DNA of 37,469 nucleotides, from the IMG/VR virus record IMGVR_UViG_3300031772_000118, positions 1 to 37,469 of that record; one strand, 5' to 3'. Shown piece after piece: positions 26,992-33,959 of the stretch. Each line of letters begins with the position of its first letter. The stretch's first letter is position 1. Below the pieces are notes generated by a model. That model did not search any database and had not been told where the DNA came from. It saw only the letters and a program-made list of their open reading frames with translations. Source of the DNA: a virus (taxonomy: Duplodnaviria; Caudoviricetes). The position numbers and the translations under genes are program-made.

Positions 26992-27847
26992 GCGTTTAAA
27001 AACACTAGAACGCGATATAAAGAAGAATTTCAATGAAGCATATAAGAAATGCGAGGTAGATTTAAAGAAGATACAGGCTAAGTTAGATATTACTGATGAT
27101 GCTATAAAAAGAAGAAACTTAGTTATGCAATCAAAGAGAGTGCAAGGCTTAATGGATAATATGGTAATTGATATTCATAATGCTAGTAAGATAGCAGCTG
27201 CAACTATTAATAATGAAACTATTTCAATGGTAAAGGATAATTATTTATACACTCTTTATGATTTAGAGCAACAAGCAGGTGTTAATATGAACTTTAGTGT
27301 TTATAATTCTAGGACTTTAGCAGAAATAACAAAGAAAGATAGTTCGGTTTTTACTAAGTTAGCATTGGATGGTGTTAAAGATAAAGGAATAATATACAGA
27401 AGATTACAAGGACAACTTACACAAGGGCTTTTATTGGGTGAAAGCATTAGAGATTTATCTAAGAGAATACAAGGAGTAGTTGATAAATCTTCTAATGATT
27501 GTGTAAGAATAGCTAGAACTGAAACTACTAGAGCAGAAAATCAAGGAAGAATAATTGGAATAAATGAAGGCTCTTCAATGGGATTGGAAATTAAAAAGCA
27601 ATGGATAGCAGCGGTTGATGCAAGAACAAGGGATACACATAGAAGTGTACACTTAGAGATAGTTGGGAAAGATGATGCCTTTGAAAATGGACTAGAGTTT
27701 CCAGGAGACCCTCGAGGCGGAGCACGCGAAGTTTGTAATTGCAGGTGCAGTGTAGTTGGTGTACTAGGTGAGTATTCTGATGAAGAAAGAAAGCTAAATG
27801 AAGCATTAAAGAAACAATCGTTTGAGGAGTGGTCTAATGAGTTATAA
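26963..27847 (+). CDS. Minor head protein (MuF / SPP1 gp7-like)
   Basis: RIARTETTRA, KQWIAAVDARTRDTH, FPGDP..EVCNCRC. Confidence 0.92.
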   Translation: MDYMKKKTDKRLKTLERDIKKNFNEAYKKCEVDLKKIQAKLDITDDAIKRRNLVMQSKRVQGLMDNMVIDIHNASKIAAATINNETISMVKDNYLYTLYDLEQQAGVNMNFSVYNSRTLAEITKKDSSVFTKLALDGVKDKGIIYRRLQGQLTQGLLLGESIRDLSKRIQGVVDKSSNDCVRIARTETTRAENQGRIIGINEGSSMGLEIKKQWIAAVDARTRDTHRSVHLEIVGKDDAFENGLEFPGDPRGGAREVCNCRCSVVGVLGEYSDEERKLNEALKKQSFEEWSNEL

Positions 27848-28443
27848 AACAACAGGGTTTAGAGTAGAGATACAAAAAAACAATAGAAAGTTAGTCGATT
27901 TAGAACTTATAATGAAGAAGAGGAAGATATTAAAAGCGTGGGGTATCAAATGGCAGGAACTTGTTACAAAAGTAATTACTATAAAGAAGATAGTTGATAC
28001 TAGTAGATTAAAGAACAGTATGAATTATTATGTAACCCTTAGTAATGTTCATGTTGGAACTAATGTTAAGTATGCTGTGTAGAATGATGCACCTTTATAC
28101 AGTGATGTATATCGAATAATCGAGCAAAATCGGTGAAGGCTAAGTTTGATAATATGCTAATACCGAGGTAATTTAGTTGATAGCAAAAGGCAACTAAACA
28201 CCGTAGAGCGTAGCAAGTGAATAAATATAATCTTGCCAAGAGTGTTCGACAACTCAACGAGTTGATGATGTACGCCGACCTTATAGGAAACTATAAGAAG
28301 CAGAGGATAAAAAGCCTTTGCGATAACAAAGTGATCATGAATTAGGAACTAGCAAAGTAGGGCAAAGGGAGTTCTTAAAGCCCTCTATCGTAAAGTTTAG
28401 TGGTTCTTATGAGAAGATAGCTAAATCTATATTAGAAGAATAA
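27837..28443 (+). CDS. HK97-gp10-like neck/tail-completion protein, spliced: exon 1 27837-28080 plus exon 2 28334-28443 (117 aa)
   Basis: VDTSRLKNSM motif; joining the exons gives VGTNVKYAVYHELGTSK..FLKPS, the family consensus YAxYxExGT. Confidence 0.85.
28081..28333 (+). ncRNA. Group I self-splicing intron, ORF-less, 253 nt
   Basis: The 5' exon ends in U and the intron ends in G. P1 GUGU/GCAC has the U.G pair at the splice site. P10 AUGAU/AUCAU; P3 UCGAGCA/UGUUCGA; P4 UCGGU/ACCGA; P7 GCGUA/UACGC; P9 CUAUAG-type GAAA-capped hairpin near the 3' end. Confidence 0.9.
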
Positions 28444-28474
28444 AAAGAGCGTGTAGGCTTATCTACACGCTTTA
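28444..28474. terminator. Bidirectional terminator between convergent genes
   Basis: A-run, then AGCGTGTAGG-CTTA-TCTACACGCT, then T's. Confidence 0.75.
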
Positions 28475-28482
28475 ATTGGTCA

Positions 28483-28668
28483 TTAGAATGATATTTCATA
28501 ATCTTTGAACGTTAAAAGATTGTTATTTTCTCCTATCGCCATATATATTAGTTCTTCTTCGCTAACCACAAACCCACTTATTTCCACCACACATTCTTTA
28601 TATCGTTCGCACTCTATTGCTACCCTTTCCCCAATCCTGTATCTGTGTTCAAATGTTGTTGTATTCAT
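28483..28668 (-). CDS. Small SH3-like hypothetical protein
   Basis: MNTTTFEHRYRIGERV..; RBS ggtggag on the minus strand. Confidence 0.65.
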   Translation of the reverse strand: MNTTTFEHRYRIGERVAIECERYKECVVEISGFVVSEEELIYMAIGENNNLLTFKDYEISF

Positions 28669-28874
28669 ATTAACTCCACCTTTCTTATTTTTAATCTATT
28701 TTCTTTCTTATCATGATAAACCCTTAAATACAAATTTTCTTTTAATACTTCTTTCATTAATCTTTCTGTAAGTTGCAAATTATTTATAGCGCAAGCTTTG
28801 CTCACCCATGATGTTGCAACGTTCTTACTATGCGAGTAAATGAGTTTTGCAATTTCTTCTTTATATTTCTTCAA
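28665..28874 (-). CDS. Hypothetical protein
   Basis: TTG start after aaggag; minus-strand promoter TTGACA-17-TATTAT at about 28924-28896. Confidence 0.65.
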   Translation of the reverse strand: MKKYKEEIAKLIYSHSKNVATSWVSKACAINNLQLTERLMKEVLKENLYLRVYHDKKENRLKIRKVELI

Positions 28875-29208
28875 AAAATCAACTCCTTGTATTTATAATA
28901 ACATCTTGCAAATACATTGTCAATACCTTTGTTATAAAAAAATAACCTAACATTTCTGATAGGCTATATCTATATGAATAAGGAGGTATTAATTAAAGGG
29001 GGTTATGTACTTATTATAGCATTAATAGTTTTATTATGTCTACTATTTTGCTACTATTTTGCTATATTCTAATTTCTTATTTAATTTTAATTTAATTAAA
29101 CTTTTCATAATATCTATATTTTGTTAGTTTAATTCATAATAATATACATCTTTTTTTATAAATATACGCTAAGTAAACGATTAAATGTATAAAAATGTGT
29201 AGTGACAC

Positions 29209-29339
29209 TTCTGATAAAAAAAGGCATTCCTTTCAGTTCGACAAAATGGCATCTAGCCCAGTAGCACCAACGTCTAGAGGTACTTTCGGTGAAGGTTGAA
29301 AATCATTTGTTACTCTATATATAAAGAAAAAAATAAAAA
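29209..29339 (+). repeat. Dispersed ~130-bp element, copy 3
   Basis: The same motif blocks and offsets as copies 1 and 2. Confidence 0.85.
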
Positions 29340-29521
29340 CTTTAAAAAACTGTATGCATAAATTTATGCAGAATATATATAAAACAAAACGAAGTAAATC
29401 ACTCTTCACAGAAAACGAAGTGAAGGGCAGGTGCTTTGAACATTGGCCAAAAGTATTGACGAGTAGTTACTAATGATATAATATATAGTTATAGCAAAAA
29501 AAAATAAAGGTGGTAATTGAT

Positions 29522-29836
29522 ATGAGAAAAATAATAATAGGTAGTTTTTTAATAGGGGCATCATTTTTGATAGCTGGGTGTGGAACATCTAAAGAAGTTA
29601 AGGAAATTAAATCAGAAGTTAATGATATGAGTTTGTTTGAAAAGCACGACGCGATTACAATTAAACTTGCAACAGAAGAAGGATATATAGCTAATGATGA
29701 TATAAACGCTCTTATAGAAGAGTTTGAACGAATAGAGACTAAACAGTCTATGATATTAGCAGAAAGCTTACAAGCGTTGTTAGATGAAGATAAAGAGCTA
29801 TCAGAAGAGTTATATTTCAGTGCTATGTTAGATTGA
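29522..29836 (+). CDS. Lipoprotein (possible superinfection-exclusion moron)
   Basis: MRKIIIGSFLIGASFLIAG-C signal peptide and lipobox, acidic mature domain, own TTGACG promoter. Confidence 0.75.
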   Translation: MRKIIIGSFLIGASFLIAGCGTSKEVKEIKSEVNDMSLFEKHDAITIKLATEEGYIANDDINALIEEFERIETKQSMILAESLQALLDEDKELSEELYFSAMLD

Positions 29837-29969
29837 ATTGTTTTAAAAGAATAGGAACATCGCTTGCACACAATTGTAGACAATACAAGCTATTATCTGT
29901 TATAATTTAGGTAGTAGCTTTTTTGTGCTTAAAACACAATAAAAATTTAGGAAGGCGAGGTATGTTAGA

Positions 29970-30497
29970 ATGAATTTAAAGGCAATATTAAGTAAAGCAG
30001 GCATCACTGAAGATATAGACGAGATTGTAGACAATATAAAAGGTGAGATATGTACAGAATTTGTAAGTAAAAAACAATATGCTAAGAAGAACGAGAGAGT
30101 TGACGAACTTGAAGGTAAGTTAGCAGATTTAGAACTAAGTCAAAAAGATAATTACAAAGAAAAGTACGAAGCTTTAGACCTAGAATTTAGCGGCTATAAA
30201 AATAACTTAGAAGTTGAGAAAAACAACAGTATTAAAAATGGTGTACTAGTCGAACACTTAAAAAATAGTGGAGTAAATGAAAAGTTGATACCTCTTCTAT
30301 CAAAAGAATTTGACGTTAACGAGATAGAATTGGAAGATAATAAAATAAAAGGTTGGGAAGATAAAATAAAGCCCATTCAAGAAGCTTATAAAGATTTCTT
30401 TACAGTTTCTGAAGAACAAGGGCAAGGCATTAGCTTACCGCCTGCAAACAATAATACAACAGCAGAAGACCCATTTTTACTAGGGTTTAAAAGCTAA
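29970..30497 (+). CDS. Capsid scaffolding protein
   Basis: Charged coiled coil, FVSK..Y, C-terminal DPFLLGF; directly upstream of the major capsid gene. Confidence 0.8.
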   Translation: MNLKAILSKAGITEDIDEIVDNIKGEICTEFVSKKQYAKKNERVDELEGKLADLELSQKDNYKEKYEALDLEFSGYKNNLEVEKNNSIKNGVLVEHLKNSGVNEKLIPLLSKEFDVNEIELEDNKIKGWEDKIKPIQEAYKDFFTVSEEQGQGISLPPANNNTTAEDPFLLGFKS

Positions 30498-30515
30498 TTC
30501 AAAGGAGAATTGATT

Positions 30516-31352
30516 ATGGCAATAAATTATGCAAGTAAATATTCAAGCAATGTACAAGAGAAATTCACAGAGAAAGCGGTAAGTAACGCTATTTCAAATA
30601 ACAATTTAGATTTCAGTGGAGTTAACGCAGTAACTGTTTATTCAGTAGGAACTGCCCCTATGAATGATTACTCTATGAGTGGTGATAGCAGGTATGGAAC
30701 GGCGGCTGAACTTCAAAACACTATACAAACATTAACAATGTCTAACGATAGAGGTTTTACTTTTACTATTGACAGAAGAAATTACACAGATTCTCAGATG
30801 GTAATGGAGAGCGGCAGAGCTTTGGCAAGACAGCTTGAGGAGATAGTAATACCGGAAGTTGAGAAATACAGATTCTCGAAAGTATTGGCAGCTACAACTC
30901 CAGTTACTACTGCTATAACATCGGCATATGATTCGTTTTTAGATGGAACAACAGCATTAGCTGAGAAGAATGTGCCTTTAGAATTATTAGTAGCGTTTAT
31001 AACGCCGGCTTTTTACAAAATGGTAAAACAAGACGCGGGGTTCATTAAGTCTTGTGATATAGCTCAAAATATGCTTTTAAAAGGACAAATAGGCGAGCTT
31101 GATGGAGTGCCTTTAGTCCTTTCTACTGAAAGTATCTTAGGTGAAAATGTTAAGTTCATATTAGCACATAGAGGAGCTTTAGAGGTTGCCCAAAAGATTG
31201 AAGACTATAAAATTCACAATAATCCCCCTGGAATAAGTGGATGGTTAGTAGAGGGTAGAATGTATTATGATGCTTGGGTATTGGACAAGATGAAAGATGC
31301 AATATATGCACATGTTGTAGCGAGCGCAAAAGTTTCGAGAACATCTAAATAG
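30516..31352 (+). CDS. Major capsid protein
   Basis: MAINYASKYS..V.EKF, FTFTIDR, V.PEVEKYR, KGQIGELDG, PPGISGWLVEGR.YYDA.V, typical of Firmicute siphophage major capsid proteins. Confidence 0.9.
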   Translation: MAINYASKYSSNVQEKFTEKAVSNAISNNNLDFSGVNAVTVYSVGTAPMNDYSMSGDSRYGTAAELQNTIQTLTMSNDRGFTFTIDRRNYTDSQMVMESGRALARQLEEIVIPEVEKYRFSKVLAATTPVTTAITSAYDSFLDGTTALAEKNVPLELLVAFITPAFYKMVKQDAGFIKSCDIAQNMLLKGQIGELDGVPLVLSTESILGENVKFILAHRGALEVAQKIEDYKIHNNPPGISGWLVEGRMYYDAWVLDKMKDAIYAHVVASAKVSRTSK

Positions 31353-31423
31353 CTTCCACTTAAATTTCATATAAAAGAATAAGCACTCTTAAATGGGTGC
31401 TTTTTCTATAAAAAGGAGATAAA

Positions 31424-31888
31424 ATGATAGAAGAAATTATGAATGAATGCAATAATTATTTTGCTATAAAAAGAGGAGCAGGAACATTCAAAATAGAAGA
31501 TAATAAACTTTATGTGAATAGTAAATGTGTTAAAGAACAGTACGTACTTATACAAGGTTCTGTAATGAATGACGGGGTTTACAAGGTGTTAAATGTTGGA
31601 GAAGACTATATAAGCTTAAATGAACTTACAAATGAAGAGTTCAATGGGTATATATTCTTACTGGCCGTACCTAAGCAATTTAAAAAACTTGTTATGGAAA
31701 TTGAAGAATTCAAATCAAAGAACAAATCAACTGTTGTTGTTTCAGAAAGTTTCGGTAATTACTCAAAAAGTGTAGCTACTGATAAAGATGGAAATGTTCA
31801 AAGTTGGCAAGGGGTGTTTAAGAAGCAGCTAAACAAGTACAGAAAAATATATAGTGACTTAGAGAGTTTTGATAGGGGGCGTTATTAA
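31424..31888 (+). CDS. Head-tail adaptor
   Basis: NYF..GSVMNDGVY, SESFGNYS, WQGVF..LNKYRK; follows the major capsid gene. Confidence 0.7.
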   Translation: MIEEIMNECNNYFAIKRGAGTFKIEDNKLYVNSKCVKEQYVLIQGSVMNDGVYKVLNVGEDYISLNELTNEEFNGYIFLLAVPKQFKKLVMEIEEFKSKNKSTVVVSESFGNYSKSVATDKDGNVQSWQGVFKKQLNKYRKIYSDLESFDRGRY

Positions 31889-32229
31889 TGGCTTTAGAGG
31901 ATTTTTTTGAGAAGCTAGTGCTATTAGAAAGAAAGGTAATTTCAGATGGTATGGGGGGGTTTGAGGAAACTTATGGTGATGGTATACAGTTTCTAGGGGC
32001 TGTTAATACAGACTCTTCTATTGAAATGAGGTTAGCAGAACAAAATGGACTTAAAAGCGTTTACACTGTTACGATAGATAAGAAATTACCGGTTAAGTAT
32101 CACGACATCGTAAAGCGCGCGAAAGATAATAAATTATACAGAATTACAAGTGATCCAAATGATAGCGAAACTCCATCTTTTTCTGACTTGAATTTCAAGC
32201 AAATGTCGGCAGAAAAATGGACAATATAA
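31888..32229 (+). CDS. Head closure / head-tail joining protein (SPP1 gp16-like)
   Basis: SDGMGG..Y..G..F and YRITS motifs; position. Confidence 0.75.
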   Translation: MALEDFFEKLVLLERKVISDGMGGFEETYGDGIQFLGAVNTDSSIEMRLAEQNGLKSVYTVTIDKKLPVKYHDIVKRAKDNKLYRITSDPNDSETPSFSDLNFKQMSAEKWTI

Positions 32230-32264
32230 CGCACGAAATGATATAATGAAAGTGAGGGTTTTTG

Positions 32265-32627
32265 ATGGGACGATTTTCTGACTTATCTAAGGCTTATTAT
32301 GGCTATTTTGCAAGTGTTATGAATAGCTTCTTAGTTGATACAGTGCCTAACGATGTTGTTTTTCCTTATTTGACTTATGAATTAGTAGACGGAGAGCTCG
32401 AAGATAACTTACTTATGACAGTAAGGATTTACGATAAGTCTACAAGTGTTAAAACACTAACAGAATGCGTTGATAAGATAGAGCAACACATAGGCAATAA
32501 TTTAATCGAAGTGAATGAAAATAACTACTTTACGGTTTACAAGGGAAGTCCATTTGCTCAATATTTCAATGATGTCGAGGGTGGAATTAAAAGTGTGTAT
32601 ATCAATTTACAAATAAATGTATATTAG
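32265..32627 (+). CDS. Tail terminator / completion protein
   Basis: VP....FPYLTY motif; lies before the major tail gene. Confidence 0.7.
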   Translation: MGRFSDLSKAYYGYFASVMNSFLVDTVPNDVVFPYLTYELVDGELEDNLLMTVRIYDKSTSVKTLTECVDKIEQHIGNNLIEVNENNYFTVYKGSPFAQYFNDVEGGIKSVYINLQINVY

Positions 32628-32641
32628 AAAGGAGAATAAAT

Positions 32642-33244
32642 ATGGGAATTTTGAATGGTTTAAGAGCTGATAGCGCTAAGAATTTTCAATTAGACGCAGG
32701 TATTTTAGTCAAAAATATAAAAGATTTTAGCGATATAACGAAAGGTGAATTGCTAGGAGCAACAAGTGGGGGAGGTAGTTTTACCGCGATTCCAGAACTG
32801 AGAAATATATTTGAGGATATCGATGGTGCTAGAGGGAAATATGCAGAAGGCGACGTAATTGATAATTGGGAAACTAAGCTTTCGGCTACACTTAAAGAAG
32901 TTACGAAAGAAAATATAACATCAGCTTTAGTCGCTTGCGATGTGGTTGTAGGTAGTGGAGAAAGCGCTACATACGATACAATACAAGCTAGGAACGAAAT
33001 AAAAGATACTGATTATATAGAAAACATATGTTGGTGTGGAACTCTTAAAGGAAGTACATCTCCTATTATAATAGAGCTAAAAAACGCTATAAATGAAAAA
33101 GGTTTTGAACTTGCGTTCACAGATAAAGGAACTGGAGGTATTGCGGTTGAGTTTGCAGGTAGATTTAAATTAGCAAATCCTAACAATGTTCCATTTACAA
33201 TACATTATCCTAAAACAAAAACAGCTCTGAATCAAAAAAAATAA
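32642..33244 (+). CDS. Major tail (tube) protein
   Basis: QLDAG, LGATSGGGSF, IDG; 200 aa, upstream of the chaperones and tape measure gene. Confidence 0.85.
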   Translation: MGILNGLRADSAKNFQLDAGILVKNIKDFSDITKGELLGATSGGGSFTAIPELRNIFEDIDGARGKYAEGDVIDNWETKLSATLKEVTKENITSALVACDVVVGSGESATYDTIQARNEIKDTDYIENICWCGTLKGSTSPIIIELKNAINEKGFELAFTDKGTGGIAVEFAGRFKLANPNNVPFTIHYPKTKTALNQKK

Positions 33245-33265
33245 TCAAAAAAGGTGGAAAAAAAT

Positions 33266-33613
33266 ATGAAATTAAGTGAAATGAATAACGACAAGGCTTT
33301 TGACACAATAATAGAAATAACTCCATTTTTCGCCAATATACTAGAAGATGAAAGACTTCTCTCTATATGGTACGACAAAGTTGATGTAACTGGTTTAGAC
33401 GAAAAACAAGGGAAGATAAAAGGTGCTACAAAGGGATTCAGTAACATCATGAAAATAGCACCTCTTCTATTGAAGGCTCACAGGGAAGATATTTTCAGTA
33501 TACTTTCGATAGTAAATGAGAAAAATGTTGAAGATATTAGAAAACAGAATCCTATTGAAACGGTGAAACAGCTTAAAGAACTATGGGAAGATAGAAAACT
33601 TCTAAATTTTTAG
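33266..33613 (+). CDS. Tail assembly chaperone (gpG-like)
   Basis: Lies between the major tail and tape measure genes; ends in the slippery sequence A-AAT-TTT before TAG. Confidence 0.8.
   Translation: MKLSEMNNDKAFDTIIEITPFFANILEDERLLSIWYDKVDVTGLDEKQGKIKGATKGFSNIMKIAPLLLKAHREDIFSILSIVNEKNVEDIRKQNPIETVKQLKELWEDRKLLNF
33604..33610 (+). other. Programmed -1 ribosomal frameshift site
   Basis: X-XXY-YYZ heptamer A AAT TTT; the -1 frame (TTT TTA GCT ATA CTA AAG ATG) runs open into the 33625 ORF. Confidence 0.75.
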
Positions 33614-33624
33614 CTATACTAAAG

Positions 33625-33918
33625 ATGATAGGCATAGATAGAACACTATTACATTTAGCCAGTATATCAAGGTCTATGTCTTTAGGAACTCTAGTTAGGG
33701 TGTTGATAGCCAAGGAAAAAGATTATCAACTTGAATGGACTTACAAAAGACACATTGCTCAAAGCAATTGGATAGTTGCGCAATGCAATTCTAATAACAA
33801 AGAATTCAAGAGTTTTGAAGAAATGTACGATATTATAATAGGAAATACAAAAGAAGACACTAGAAATGCAAAAGATATAATAAAAGAAACTTACGCAAAG
33901 TTTGGGGTAGAGGTTTAA
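33625..33918 (+). CDS. gpT-like extension of the tail assembly chaperone
   Basis: In the -1 frame relative to the upstream ORF, with no RBS of its own. Confidence 0.7.
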   Translation: MIGIDRTLLHLASISRSMSLGTLVRVLIAKEKDYQLEWTYKRHIAQSNWIVAQCNSNNKEFKSFEEMYDIIIGNTKEDTRNAKDIIKETYAKFGVEV

Positions 33919-33959
33919 ATCCTTTGCCCTATTTTTGTAAAAAAAAGGAGTGATGAAAA

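Noticed and set aside
33232-33266. Readthrough or frameshift fusing the major tail protein to the chaperone (A-run, same frame)
   Set aside because: The chaperone has its own RBS (aaggtgg) and nothing beyond an A-rich spacer supports recoding.
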